In this document: one piece after another, positions 10,701 to 20,351 of the stretch | Layout: every line of letters starts with the position of its first letter | How positions within the stretch are numbered: the first letter of the stretch is position 1 | Source: an uncultured Bacteroidota bacterium | GTDB lineage: Bacteria > Bacteroidota > Rhodothermia > Rhodothermales > DASSAV01 | Assembly (NCBI GenBank): GCA_963790965.1 | Contig: CAWBQO010000002.1 | Coordinates: 273,651-337,650, forward strand | Direction of reading: 5' to 3' | Length of the DNA stretch: 64,000 bases | Made by a program: the position numbers and the translations under genes | Notes under the pieces: generated by a model | The model's input: only the letters and a program-made list of their open reading frames with translations | Database searches by the model: none | Told to the model about the DNA's origin: nothing

Positions 10701-12491
10701 CGGCGTTATATGGACTTCACCCGCCGAACGGTTCGCCGGGTACGGGAGAACGCCTTTCAGATCGACGGCACCTTTCGGCTCCCCCGGCGCGCGGCTCCGG
10801 GTGCTCCTTCAGACGGGGGCGCGCTCGACCTGACACTCGCCGTTGATAGGCTCGACCTGTTCTTTTTCGAATCCATTTTTCCAGGCATCGTCTCCGGCGT
10901 GACCGGCTACGCCGACGGCGGCGGCCGCGTTGGCGGTACGCTTCGAAAGCCGGACCCGGATCTACACCTGACACTTCACGACGGAAACTTCGACATACCG
11001 GAGTTCGGCCTTTCGTACGCCGCCGCCGGAGACGTGCGGATCGTGCCGCGCGGGATCATGCTCGACGACGCAGCCGTGACCGACGACACCGGCGGAACGG
11101 CCGTGGTCGGCGGGGGCATTCTTTTCAACGACTTCCGCTTCCTGTCCTTCGATCTGCGCGCCGCGCTCGACGAGATGCAGATCATCGACGTCCTCACTTC
11201 GGACCACCTCTCCTTCTATGGCCGCATCTGGGCCTCCGGGGACGCGACGCTCACCGGGCCGGTGTCGAACGCGCTGCTCAGTTCAGGCAATGCGCGCGCC
11301 AGTGCGCGGAGCGAGATCTTCATTCCGCTTTCCGACAACGGATCGTCCATCGACCCGAGCTTCATCGTCTTCGCCGACTCGGCTGCCGTGGGTGCGTCCG
11401 GCGGGCGGCGACCGGCCGCGTCCGCCCCGGCGCGCAAGCGCACCTTCCTCGACGGGCTGGAGATGGACCTCGGCATCTACGCCCCGCCCGGATCGACCAT
11501 TCACCTCGTCATCGATCCGCTGCTCGGCGACGTGATCAACGCCGTCGGCTCCGGTCGCCTGCAACTGCAGCTCCGCGAGGGAGAGTTCTTCACCTTCGGA
11601 TCGCTCGACGTGACTTCAGGCGACTACCTGTTCACAGCCGGAGACGTCTTCTTTCGCCGCTTCCTGATTGATTCGGGAAAGCTCACCTGGGACGGGGACC
11701 CGGTGGACGCCATCCTCGACATCGAGGCCTCCTACCGGACGCGCGCCTCACTCGCGGGGCTGACGCAGACCGGCAGCGGCATGATTCCGCTGATCGTAAA
11801 GCTCGACATCGGCGGGCGGCTTTCCTCTCTTGCGATCGGCCTGGAGCTGGAAGTGGACCGGCGCGATCGCGGCCTCATCGCCAACTATGAAGGGTTGGAG
11901 GCGGCCATGAATACGCCTGAGTTGGCAGCGGAATACGCGACGAGTGTGCTTCTTACCAACTCCTTCCTACTCACCACCAGCCGCGAGAACGCCATCGGCA
12001 GGGCGGGCGAAAACACGTCGCAGATCGCCTTCAACAGCCTGTCGCAGCTCGTGACGAGCCAGATCAACCGGTACGTGAACCAGGTCCTGCCGAACCTCGA
12101 CCTCAACCTCGGCGTGCAGCAAGGAGACCGGGTGCAGGACCTCGACATCACCTACGGCGTCGCGCTGCGGCTGCTCGACGAGCGCGTCGTCATTCGCGGC
12201 GAGGGAGTTTATCTGAACCAGAACAACCAGTCAAGCGCCGTTGACGGCACACAGGGCGAGTTTATGGTACAGTTTCGGTTGAGCGAGGCGGTCGCGCTGG
12301 AAGTATTTTACCGCCGGGAAACCGATCCGCTCTCCACCGCCACGCTGACCAGCACGACCGGTGCCGGCCTCTCCTATCAGACGCAGTTTCCCACCTGGCG
12401 CGCGCTGACCAACAAGCTTTTCGGCTGGCTCCTGCCGAACCGGCACGAGGAAGAGCGTGCCGAGCCGGTGCCGGTAGCTACGGAGGGCTGA
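7761..12491 (+). CDS. TamB/AsmA-like translocation and assembly module protein (DUF490-type C-terminus)
   Basis: 1576 aa with a single N-terminal TM helix (AVSAVLVLLAAVVILFF). The long beta-rich repetitive body and the C-terminal 300 aa (GSGRLQLQLREGEFFTFGSLDVTSGDYLF...) resemble the TamB C-terminal domain. It uses a TTG start. Confidence 0.8.
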   Translation: MKHLFHISRAAVSAVLVLLAAVVILFFTLTRTEVGRDQLRREAEVQFGNAFEGRLEIDHLTGNLLRDLFASGVRLRDEDGNVIVTVDSVVVRPRWRDLFSRSLSFGEITLVRPEVVLERTEAGNWTVEDALRPRRARSGGGTAAPWSFSSAEVQVFDGRFRTVNRGGVPDAVAAGRLFDYANAEVENIDALGEVVWTQNERSVQIDRLSARWADEGLRLHLFDSAFRLEEDAAIVESLTLSAGDLRLVASGAYGSPTASRQRGWGQAAIELNIDAAHLAFDDLRRFFPAIPLRDAVDAEGIVDGTLASLRLDGLEVARGASRVQIAGSVTGLPDSAAYRLKLSPSTLTATDIQAVAPQLDARKYAALGTVRARADLRGTYVLPRGEQQWRLASTSDLTIRSAAGDIAGKVVIAGGAGRQPLVELALRLDGVDPAPVLQNAELAGRLSGSVKLNVSRWQPEHLTGALALQLTESTFAGRRIDSLSVRGEAREGALDALVLLQQGTGRLSARGNLQLAASQPRYHAEVRASRVDLGRLLLTDSLSTALNGTLSVDGESFRLAALRAQATLSLDSSRVTVGGDERYVAPGALSAELVQTGEAPHFTLAGDAGDVSLTGDVSVEPLLALVRQWQAAVAIEVARELNKPRSQAGILAAEATALRSDDAAHVGGLRARSLRVLDRAGRTGAMNLALQVRLKESGLLGSLFPAIRYVAPGTAAEAELTIGPDNFELAGSARTDSAGTSGAYVRRAQVTFGAGMDTLSAGPARFGLSVRAAADTVRAVGRRYADAKLDLNIDEGVGDLELTARNTESEAALRLDAGIALLPDRNRITLRTLQAFAGSSAWRNAGTYTLDLFEDALVVPALTLASRSQAVDVTQRITLSGALSSAEEDTVLAVIENLSVRQVSEALHLKYAVGGLLDGRLAYTGGRNSPVVTGFLNVPVLIFEDQAAGRLEITSRFIPGSPDIGLHASLLPLSDADPSLRRYMDFTRRTVRRVRENAFQIDGTFRLPRRAAPGAPSDGGALDLTLAVDRLDLFFFESIFPGIVSGVTGYADGGGRVGGTLRKPDPDLHLTLHDGNFDIPEFGLSYAAAGDVRIVPRGIMLDDAAVTDDTGGTAVVGGGILFNDFRFLSFDLRAALDEMQIIDVLTSDHLSFYGRIWASGDATLTGPVSNALLSSGNARASARSEIFIPLSDNGSSIDPSFIVFADSAAVGASGGRRPAASAPARKRTFLDGLEMDLGIYAPPGSTIHLVIDPLLGDVINAVGSGRLQLQLREGEFFTFGSLDVTSGDYLFTAGDVFFRRFLIDSGKLTWDGDPVDAILDIEASYRTRASLAGLTQTGSGMIPLIVKLDIGGRLSSLAIGLELEVDRRDRGLIANYEGLEAAMNTPELAAEYATSVLLTNSFLLTTSRENAIGRAGENTSQIAFNSLSQLVTSQINRYVNQVLPNLDLNLGVQQGDRVQDLDITYGVALRLLDERVVIRGEGVYLNQNNQSSAVDGTQGEFMVQFRLSEAVALEVFYRRETDPLSTATLTSTTGAGLSYQTQFPTWRALTNKLFGWLLPNRHEEERAEPVPVATEG

Positions 12492-12618
12492 TTCCACCGC
12501 TTTTCCAAACCTTTTGCGCCCGGAGAGGCTAAGAGCAGCCCGGTTGGCCTTAGCTTGGGAGTGCCGCCGCGTGCATCCGGCGGCTCAACAGGCTCCTCAC
12601 CTTCCTCCCGTTACCCGC

Positions 12619-14736
12619 GTGCCCACTAAGCAAAGCCCCAAAGATATCCGGCGCGCCGTTCTCGGCCTGCTCAAAACGCAAGGCAAAAAGGCGCTGCGCC
12701 CAAAGGCCATCGCCAAGACGCTCCGTTATAAGGACAATGAGACGTACGCCATCTTCAACGGCGTCCTCGAGGAGATGGCGCAACAGGGCCTGATCGCCCG
12801 GGAGAAAGGGGGCAAGTACACCTACCGCGCCCTGCCCACCACCGCCGAGGGCGTGCTGCGCGTCAACCCGCAGGGCTTCGGGTTTGTGCAAGTGCCAGGC
12901 GAAGAGGAAGACCTCTTCGTGAGCGAAGGCAATATGAAGACGGCCCTCGACGGAGACACCGTCCGCGTCTCGCTCGCTGCGCCGGCCAAAGGCGACCGCC
13001 GTCGCGAGGCGGAAGTGACGGAGGTCATCCAGCGGAGCCGCACGCAGGTGGTCGGCTCGTTCAAGCCCCACGGGCACTTTGCGTTCGTCATTCCGGACGA
13101 CCGCCGCGTGCCGCAGCACATCTACGTGCCCGAAGACGCCTTCAACGGCGCAAAGGAGGACGACAAGGTGGTCGTTTCCATCGACCGGTTTGACGACCGC
13201 GGCGCTTCGCCCGAGGGCCGCGTGCTACTCGTCGTCGGGCCGTCGGACGATCCGGGCGTGCGCGTCCTCTCGCTTGCACTTAGCCTCGACGTGCGCTCCG
13301 GTTTTCCGGATGAAGCCATCGCGGAAGCCGAGGCCATTGCCGACAAAATCGCCGACAAGGAGATCGAGCGGCGGCTGGACCTGCGCGACAAGCGTGTCTT
13401 CACCATCGATCCCATAGACGCCCAGGACTTTGACGACGCGATACACCTGGAAACGCTCGAGGATGGCTCAGTCGAAGTGGGCGTTCACATTGCCGACGTG
13501 AGCCATTACGTCCAGCCGGACTCCGCCATCGACAAAGAGGCGTACGTCCGCGGCACGAGCGTCTATCTCGTGGACCGTGTCGTGCCGATGTTGCCGGAGA
13601 AGCTCTCGAACAAGGTCTGCTCGCTGCGCCCTGACGAGGACAAGTTGACCTACTCTTGCATTCTCACCCTTACGCGCCAGGGCCGCGTGAAGAGCCACCG
13701 GGTGGCCGAGACGGTCGTCCGTTCGCAGCGCCGGTTCACGTATGAGGAAGCGCAGGCGCTCATCGACGGCGAAGGCCGCAACGATCCGTTTGCAGAAGAC
13801 GTGCTGCAGGCGGCGGCACTTGCGCGCACGCTGACCAAGAAGCGTATGCGCGAAGGCTCGGTCGACTTCGATCTGCCGGAAGTGCGGGTCGTTCTTGACG
13901 AGCAGGGCACGCCCATCGAAGTCGTTCGGAAGGAGCGCAAAGAGGCGAACCGTCTCATCGAAGAGTTCATGTTGCTGGCCAACCGGACCGTTGCGGCAGC
14001 CATTGGCAAGAAGCGCAACGCGCCGCCGTTCGTCTACCGCATCCACGACCGGCCGGACCCGGAGAAACTGCTGACCCTCTCCCAGTACGTCAAGGCGTTC
14101 GGGTATGACCTGCAGACCGACAACGGGATTGTTGCTTCCAAGGTGCTCAACGACTTTCTGAACCGCGTGAAGGACCGTCCGGAGGAGCCGGTGATCGAGG
14201 AGGCCGCGCTTCGGGCCATGGCCAAGGCCAAGTACGCCGTCAACAACATCGGGCACTACGGCCTCTCCTTCGACTACTATACCCACTTTACCAGCCCGAT
14301 ACGCCGCTATCCTGATTTGATGGCGCACCGGCTACTCAAGCGCTATCTCGGCGGAGGCGGGCCGGTCGAGCGAGAACCGCTGCAGGAGAAATGCGACTAC
14401 TGCTCGCAGCGCGAGAAGATGGCAACCGAGGCCGAACGGGAGTCGATCAAGCTCAAGCAAGTCGAGTTCATTCAGCAGCACATCGGCGGGCGGTTTTCCG
14501 GCGTAGTTAGCGGAGTGACGAAGTTCGGCGTGTTCGTTGAGCTTTCCGACATGCTCATCGAAGGACTCGTTCACGTCCGGGAACTGGACGACGATTTCTA
14601 TGAATATGACGAGCGTTCTTACCGGCTCGTCGGTCGCTACACGGGCAAGGTGTATCGCCTCGGCGATCCGGTGGACGTGGTGGTGGCCGCCGCCAACCTG
14701 GAAAGCAGGACGATTGATTTCGTTTTCTCCGACTGA
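12619..14736 (+). CDS. rnr: Ribonuclease R
   Basis: It has an N-terminal winged-helix region, cold-shock-like domains, an RNB catalytic domain (FTIDPIDAQDFDDAIH...VYLVDRVVPMLPE) and a C-terminal S1 domain (FSGVVSGVTKFGVFVEL). The start is uncertain: GTG at 12619 is preferred over the track start at 12514. Confidence 0.9.
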   Translation: MPTKQSPKDIRRAVLGLLKTQGKKALRPKAIAKTLRYKDNETYAIFNGVLEEMAQQGLIAREKGGKYTYRALPTTAEGVLRVNPQGFGFVQVPGEEEDLFVSEGNMKTALDGDTVRVSLAAPAKGDRRREAEVTEVIQRSRTQVVGSFKPHGHFAFVIPDDRRVPQHIYVPEDAFNGAKEDDKVVVSIDRFDDRGASPEGRVLLVVGPSDDPGVRVLSLALSLDVRSGFPDEAIAEAEAIADKIADKEIERRLDLRDKRVFTIDPIDAQDFDDAIHLETLEDGSVEVGVHIADVSHYVQPDSAIDKEAYVRGTSVYLVDRVVPMLPEKLSNKVCSLRPDEDKLTYSCILTLTRQGRVKSHRVAETVVRSQRRFTYEEAQALIDGEGRNDPFAEDVLQAAALARTLTKKRMREGSVDFDLPEVRVVLDEQGTPIEVVRKERKEANRLIEEFMLLANRTVAAAIGKKRNAPPFVYRIHDRPDPEKLLTLSQYVKAFGYDLQTDNGIVASKVLNDFLNRVKDRPEEPVIEEAALRAMAKAKYAVNNIGHYGLSFDYYTHFTSPIRRYPDLMAHRLLKRYLGGGGPVEREPLQEKCDYCSQREKMATEAERESIKLKQVEFIQQHIGGRFSGVVSGVTKFGVFVELSDMLIEGLVHVRELDDDFYEYDERSYRLVGRYTGKVYRLGDPVDVVVAAANLESRTIDFVFSD

Positions 14737-14851
14737 GCCGGCGCGCCGGTATGCGCCGGAAGTGTACAGATTTCCGCGCCGCGAGCGGGTGCGCTGCCTT
14801 AGACGCGGGATTACTTTGCGTGTAGAATCGCTCCCTACTTGCCGGCGTCCA

Positions 14852-16342
14852 ATGTTGTACCAGCCTGTCTTCGACCACAAACTCAAGCGCCTGTTGCGCC
14901 GAAAGCCCGGCCGCTTTCGCCTGATCGCCACGGCAGGGTTGACGGCGCTCCTGCTCTACGTCGTGTGGGCACTGGCGTCGCTGGGTTTCGTCTTTGATGA
15001 GGTGGTATCGTCCTTTCTGCCCGGAGTGGATCCCGGAGCGCTTTTCAGTGGAGGGTTCATCTCCGTCTGGCTGAGCCTGCTGCTACTTCGCCTGTTCACG
15101 CAGCGTTCGGCGCAGATGCGCGTGCGCCCCTACCAGCTACTGCCACTTGCGCGGCGCAATCTGGCCTTCTTCTTCCACGTGGACGCGCTGCTGAGCGTTC
15201 ACAACCTGCTGCCCGTCGTTTTTCTTGTGCCATATTGGGTGCGGCACGCCATCGTCGCACCGGTCGGGATGCCGCTCTCGCCGCTCTGGCTGCCGGGCAT
15301 GATCCTGCTGGTGCTGCTCGCGCACTTCGCAGCCGTTGGCTTGCAGTTCCTGCTCGGCGGCAGCCTGAAGCAGTTTGTGGTCGCGGCAGCCGTCTTCCTC
15401 GGCCTCGTCTTTCTTGACGCGGGCCTCGGAACGGGCACCCTGCGACTGCTCTCCTCCGCGCTCGTGGATGCGCTCGCCGCCGGGTCGCCGCTTGTGCTCG
15501 CGGCCACGCTGCTCGTCACGGCCCTTGTCACCGGGTGGGTTTTCCGGCTCTCGAAAGGTGGGCTGTACGAAGCAGTTCCAGATAAGAGCGGGGACGACAC
15601 CCGCGCGGGACTCTCTTTCGACGCGGGCCGAGGGGCCGTTGCCGAACTGATGCTGCTCGAGTGGAAGCTCATGGGCAGAAACCGCCGTCCGCGCACGCTG
15701 CTTCTCTCCGCTCTCATCATGGGCGGGGCCTACCTCGGCCTGCTGTTGACCTACCACAACCAGTTCAGCGGCGTCGTGGGAGCGGCCATTCTCGGCGTGT
15801 TGTCGTCGAGCCTGGCGGCCCTCAACTACGGGCAACTGATGTTCTCCTGGGAAAGCTCCTACTTCAACGGCGTCATGTCGCGCGCGCACCGGCCGGACGA
15901 GATCATCAAGGCCAAGCTCTTCATGTTGCAGGGCCTGACACTTGCCGCCTTTGTGCTGGCGCTGCCGCTGGTTCTGGCACTCGCGCCCGAGGAACTGCCG
16001 CTTCATGTCGCCTTCCTGTTTTACAATGCCGGAATCACATCCATCCTGATTCTCGCGCTGGCGCTGCTCAACAGTCGCCGGGTGGACCTTACGAAAGGCG
16101 GCTCGTTGCTGAACTACGAAGGCTTCTCCATTGCGCACTTTCTCTGGTTCGTGCCCATGATCCTTCCGCCGGTACTTCTCTTGAAGCCGGCGGCGGGAGT
16201 CCCGCATCTTGGCCTTTACATCGTCGCTGCGGCCGGCATCGCAGGGCTGGCCGGAACGCCGCTAGTCGTGCGCGCATTTTCGGCGATATTGGGCAGGCGT
16301 AAGTACATCATGATTTCAGGTTTCGCGCAGTATGGAAATTGA
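14852..16342 (+). CDS. Polytopic membrane protein, putative permease partner of the downstream ABC ATPase (DUF5687-like by recollection)
   Basis: The track ORF is trimmed to MLYQPVFDHKLKRLL at 14852, because the upstream part overlaps rnr. It has about 10-12 hydrophobic segments and a central LEWKLMGRNRRPRT motif. It overlaps the ATPase gene by 11 nt. Confidence 0.7.
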   Translation: MLYQPVFDHKLKRLLRRKPGRFRLIATAGLTALLLYVVWALASLGFVFDEVVSSFLPGVDPGALFSGGFISVWLSLLLLRLFTQRSAQMRVRPYQLLPLARRNLAFFFHVDALLSVHNLLPVVFLVPYWVRHAIVAPVGMPLSPLWLPGMILLVLLAHFAAVGLQFLLGGSLKQFVVAAAVFLGLVFLDAGLGTGTLRLLSSALVDALAAGSPLVLAATLLVTALVTGWVFRLSKGGLYEAVPDKSGDDTRAGLSFDAGRGAVAELMLLEWKLMGRNRRPRTLLLSALIMGGAYLGLLLTYHNQFSGVVGAAILGVLSSSLAALNYGQLMFSWESSYFNGVMSRAHRPDEIIKAKLFMLQGLTLAAFVLALPLVLALAPEELPLHVAFLFYNAGITSILILALALLNSRRVDLTKGGSLLNYEGFSIAHFLWFVPMILPPVLLLKPAAGVPHLGLYIVAAAGIAGLAGTPLVVRAFSAILGRRKYIMISGFAQYGN

Positions 16343-17036
16343 AGTTCGGGATCTCGTCCGCCGGCATGGTGCCGCATTCACCCTCCGCGTGCCTTTCCTC
16401 CGGGTTGAGAAAGGAACGACGTTCGGCCTCGTCGGAAACAACGGTGCAGGCAAGACGACGCTGCTGAAGCTGCTTCTGGACCTCATCCGAGCAGACGAGG
16501 GGGCCGTACACGTGGGCGAGGAATCCGTTGCCCGCAGCACAAAATGGAAGGCGAGCACGGGGTCTTACCTCGACGCTTCGTTCCTCCTCGACTTCCTCAC
16601 GCCGGAAGAGTTCTTCGACTTCGTGGGCGGGAGCTATGGCATTTCGAAGGACGACGTGCACCACCGCGTCGAGGGGTACCACCGCTTCTTGGGAGACGCG
16701 GTCTCCTCGCGCAATCGCTATATCCGCGACTTGTCGATGGGCAACGCCAAGAAGGTCGGGCTTGTTGGGGCCATGCTTTCCCGCCCTTCGCTGCTCGTTC
16801 TCGACGAGCCGTTCGCCAATCTCGATCCGGCTTCCCAGATTCGCCTCCGTGATCATCTGAAGGACCTGAACGAAGACGCCCAAACGACGCTCTTCCTGTC
16901 CAGCCATGATCTCGGGCGGGTGACGGAGGTGTGCGAACGCATTGCCGTTATGGACGCCGGCCGCATCGTGAACGACTTCGCCACCACGCCGGATACGCTT
17001 CCGACCCTACAAGACTTCTTCACGCAGCTTATTTAG
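16332..17036 (+). CDS. ABC transporter ATP-binding protein
   Basis: Walker A GNNGAGKTT, a degenerate signature LSMGNAKKV, Walker B LLVLDEPFANLD, H-loop SSHDL. Confidence 0.9.
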   Translation: MEIEVRDLVRRHGAAFTLRVPFLRVEKGTTFGLVGNNGAGKTTLLKLLLDLIRADEGAVHVGEESVARSTKWKASTGSYLDASFLLDFLTPEEFFDFVGGSYGISKDDVHHRVEGYHRFLGDAVSSRNRYIRDLSMGNAKKVGLVGAMLSRPSLLVLDEPFANLDPASQIRLRDHLKDLNEDAQTTLFLSSHDLGRVTEVCERIAVMDAGRIVNDFATTPDTLPTLQDFFTQLI

Positions 17037-17048
17037 GCAGACGCGCCC

Positions 17049-18368
17049 TCAGTCGAAGGCCCGTTCGAGCGCACGGCGCTGCGCCGCGATGGTCCGTTCA
17101 AGCTCCCGGTCTCCGTGCGCCGCCGAGTAGAAAAAGGCTTCGAACTGGGACGGTGCCAGGTAGACGCCCTCTTCCAGCATCGCGTGGAAGTAGCGCCCGT
17201 AGGCAGCGGTGTCGCACGTCAGCGCAGTAGGGTAATCGACAACCTTCTCCTCGGTAAAGAAGAGGCAGCCCATCGAGCCGATGCGCGTGCTGTAGAGGTT
17301 TCGTCCAACCGCCTCTAAATTGGCTCTGGTGCCTTCGTCAAGCGCCTTTCCGTAGGCTTCGAGGCGGTCATACAGGTCGAGGTCGTCGGCGATGGCGCGG
17401 AGCATGACCAAACCGGCCTGCATCGCGAGGGGATTACCCGAAAGCGTCCCAGCCTGATAGACAGGCCCAACCGGCGAGACAAAGTCCATGATGTCCTCTC
17501 GGCCGCCATAAGCGCCCACGGGAAGTCCGCCGCCGATGATCTTGCCGAGCGTCGTCAGGTCCGGGCGCACGCCGAACCGCTCCTGCGCTCCGCCTCGTGC
17601 GACGCGGAAGCCGGTCATGACTTCGTCGAAGATCAGGAGCGCGCCGTGCTCGTCGCAAAGCTCCCGAAGACGCTCCAGGAAGCCTTCGGCGGGAGGAATG
17701 CAGCCCATGTTTCCCGCCACCGGCTCTACGATCACGCAAGCGATCTCATCCGGCGAGGCCTTGAATAGCTCCTCGACATGCGCGGCGTCATTGTAGCGCG
17801 CCACGAGCGTGTCTTGCGCATTGCCGGCCGTCACGCCGGGCGAATTGGGCTGCCCGAACGTCATCGCGCCGCTGCCGGCTGCAATGAGGAAGAAGTCCGC
17901 GTGGCCGTGGTAATTCCCCTCGAACTTGATGATTTTTGAGCGACCGGTATAACCTCTCGCCAGGCGCACTGCGCTCATGGTCGCCTCCGTTCCAGAGTTG
18001 ACCATGCGCACCTTTTCGATGGAAGGCACGAGGCTACAGACGAGCGAAGCCACCTCGACCTCCGCGCGGGTAGGCGCGCCGTAAGAGGTGCCACGTTCGG
18101 CCGCGCGCTGAACGGCCCGCACCGCATCAGGGTGGGCATGGCCGAGAAGCATAGGCCCCCAGGAGCCGACATAATCCACGTACCGCTGCCCGTCAGCGTC
18201 CTGAACGTACGCGCCCTCGGCGCTGTCGATGAAGAGCGGCGTGCCGCCCACGCTGCGGAAAGCGCGAACGGGCGAGTTCACGCCGCCGGGGATTACGCGC
18301 TGCGCCTCGTTGAATAACCGCTCGCTTTCGGGATAGGATGCCATGGAATCGTGTTTCGTTGTGTTCAT
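17049..18368 (-). CDS. hemL: Glutamate-1-semialdehyde 2,1-aminomutase
   Basis: 439 aa. The motifs [33 protein letters not shown] and [17 protein letters not shown] are diagnostic of HemL. Confidence 0.95.
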   Translation of the reverse strand: MNTTKHDSMASYPESERLFNEAQRVIPGGVNSPVRAFRSVGGTPLFIDSAEGAYVQDADGQRYVDYVGSWGPMLLGHAHPDAVRAVQRAAERGTSYGAPTRAEVEVASLVCSLVPSIEKVRMVNSGTEATMSAVRLARGYTGRSKIIKFEGNYHGHADFFLIAAGSGAMTFGQPNSPGVTAGNAQDTLVARYNDAAHVEELFKASPDEIACVIVEPVAGNMGCIPPAEGFLERLRELCDEHGALLIFDEVMTGFRVARGGAQERFGVRPDLTTLGKIIGGGLPVGAYGGREDIMDFVSPVGPVYQAGTLSGNPLAMQAGLVMLRAIADDLDLYDRLEAYGKALDEGTRANLEAVGRNLYSTRIGSMGCLFFTEEKVVDYPTALTCDTAAYGRYFHAMLEEGVYLAPSQFEAFFYSAAHGDRELERTIAAQRRALERAFD

Positions 18369-18405
18369 GATGGACCGGCTCTTGGCCCGGCGTGCGGCAC
18401 CGCAA

Positions 18406-18930
18406 TCAGCGGGGTGTATGTGCGTCTACACGCCGGTAGATGCCCTCGAGGCGATCTCCGGCGCGCCTCGGCTCTTCCGAGAGGGCGAACCCGGCGGCTT
18501 GCATCGTTTCCGTGAGGCTGCGTTCGGAGAAGTTCTGCGCCGGCACGCCCATGTAGACCCAGCCGCCGTCCTTGAGCCGGCGGCGCGTCCACCCGAGCAG
18601 CCGGGCGGTCCCCTCCGGCACCCCGCCTGGATTCAAGAACCCGACGGCAACGACCCAGTCGAAGCGGACGCCGCCGAACGGCTCGGCGTCCGCATCGGAC
18701 ACCTTCGCCACGCGCCCGGCGGCCGGGTGCCCTGCAAGGGATGTGACCCGTTCCTGGAGCCGAGCAACGACCGCGCCATCGTCCGCGGCGGCGTACAATT
18801 CGAATCCGAGCAGGCCCAACGATTCGAGGTGCCCTTCGGCGTCCGGGCCGAGAATGAGGATTCTCGACTGCGGCGCGACGGCGGCAAGCGTGCGAAGGAG
18901 ATGGTCCGACGGTACCGGCACGGCTTTCAC
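18406..18930 (-). CDS. Class I SAM-dependent methyltransferase-like protein
   Basis: The track ORF is trimmed to GTG at 18930 ([12 protein letters not shown]), directly after the hemH stop. It has the motif I-like [11 protein letters not shown] and a later [10 protein letters not shown] motif. It is short (about 175 aa). Confidence 0.65.
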   Translation of the reverse strand: MKAVPVPSDHLLRTLAAVAPQSRILILGPDAEGHLESLGLLGFELYAAADDGAVVARLQERVTSLAGHPAAGRVAKVSDADAEPFGGVRFDWVVAVGFLNPGGVPEGTARLLGWTRRRLKDGGWVYMGVPAQNFSERSLTETMQAAGFALSEEPRRAGDRLEGIYRRVDAHTPR

Positions 18931-18931
18931 C

Positions 18932-20197
18932 CTACAGAGCGGCCTGGCCGGCGGCGGCCGAGGGCGCGGCCTCCTTTCTCCAGCGGCGAGCTTCGGTAAT
19001 GAACTCGCACTGATGGCAGCGCGTGCAGCGATCGCTGACGTGGTAGCGGGGCATGACGTCCTGCGGCATGAGCGGGTAGTCGGCCCCGGTAAACGGTTCC
19101 TCCCCAGGCGGCGCAACCACCTGCGAGGCGACCGCTTCAGCAAGGGCCTGGATGAAGAGCGGATGGCAATTAAGCCCCGCCGTCACTTCATAATGCTCGA
19201 TGCCGAGGTGCATGGCCTCTTCCCGGACCTCTACGTCCAGTTCGTACGCCGTCTCCACATGGTCCGTGACGAACGCCACCGGGATCATCAGAACGGCCCG
19301 GTGCCCCGCCTCAGCGAGTTCCTTGAGCTTGGCCGGGGTGCCCGGCGTCAGCCATTCGGCCGGACCGACTTTGCTCTGGAAAGAGACGTGGTAGGGCCGG
19401 TCATTACCGCGAAGCGCCATCACGCGGTCCACGGTGGAGTGAACGAGGCAGCAGTAGGGATCACGGCGCTCCTTCATTTCCTTAACCGGCGTGCCGTGGG
19501 CGCTAAAGACCAGCTGCACATCGTCCCGCACTTCCCTCGGAAAGCGCTGCAGTGCCTCGTCGATTCGCTCTGATATTGCCTGCACGAGACCGGGGTGCGC
19601 GGCATACTCAAAAACGAAAGTAGTTGGCCACGCCGTGATTTCCCGCTCCTCGGTGAGCGTCCACCAGTACTGAATCGACGATCCAGACGTTGTCTTGGAA
19701 TAGTGCGGGTAGAGGGGCAGCAGGACGACCTTGGTGATGCCGTCTCGCTTCATCTCTTGCGCGGTCTGCTCGCTCATTGGGTGCCAGTAGCGCATGGCCA
19801 TGTACGTGCGGAACGTGACGCCCGCTTTGGCCCCGTATGTCTCGTTCAATACTTGCTGCAAACGCTCGGCCTGCTCTCGCGTGAGGCGGGTGAGCGGCGA
19901 TCCCCCGCCGATAACCTCATAATCCTTCGCCACCGACTTTGCGCGCGTGCGCGAGATAAAGCGCGAAAGCAGGTGCCGCAGCGTTCCACCGACCGGTATG
20001 TCGATGATGGCCGGGTCCATAAAGAGGTTGTACAGGAACGGCTCGATGTCCTCGGTGCGCTCCGGGCCACCGAGGTTCATCAACACGACCCCGACCACGT
20101 CCCCCGGTTCCAGGGCGAGCGGCGCGGAGGGAAAGTAGCGTCCATTGATCAGGCGCTTGTCGAACGTGTACTTCGTCAGAAACTGGCGAGGAGTCAT
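18932..20197 (-). CDS. hemH: Ferrochelatase with N- and C-terminal extensions
   Basis: GVVLMNLGGPE..., YWHPMSEQT, PLYPHYSKTTSGSS, SAHGTP and a TDHVET-type core identify it. The C-terminal tail contains CTRCHQC. Confidence 0.92.
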   Translation of the reverse strand: MTPRQFLTKYTFDKRLINGRYFPSAPLALEPGDVVGVVLMNLGGPERTEDIEPFLYNLFMDPAIIDIPVGGTLRHLLSRFISRTRAKSVAKDYEVIGGGSPLTRLTREQAERLQQVLNETYGAKAGVTFRTYMAMRYWHPMSEQTAQEMKRDGITKVVLLPLYPHYSKTTSGSSIQYWWTLTEEREITAWPTTFVFEYAAHPGLVQAISERIDEALQRFPREVRDDVQLVFSAHGTPVKEMKERRDPYCCLVHSTVDRVMALRGNDRPYHVSFQSKVGPAEWLTPGTPAKLKELAEAGHRAVLMIPVAFVTDHVETAYELDVEVREEAMHLGIEHYEVTAGLNCHPLFIQALAEAVASQVVAPPGEEPFTGADYPLMPQDVMPRYHVSDRCTRCHQCEFITEARRWRKEAAPSAAAGQAAL

Positions 20198-20351
20198 GCG
20201 GGCGTTTTGGGGAAAGGAGCGAGATTGCCAAGCGGAGGTCCCGGAAGAGAACCGTAGCCCTTAGAACGACGCGCGTTCCCCACAACCGTTGAAATTTGGC
20301 ATAATCCGGCTTTCCGGCACCGGATGCACGGAGCCGCCCGCCGTCATGCCG

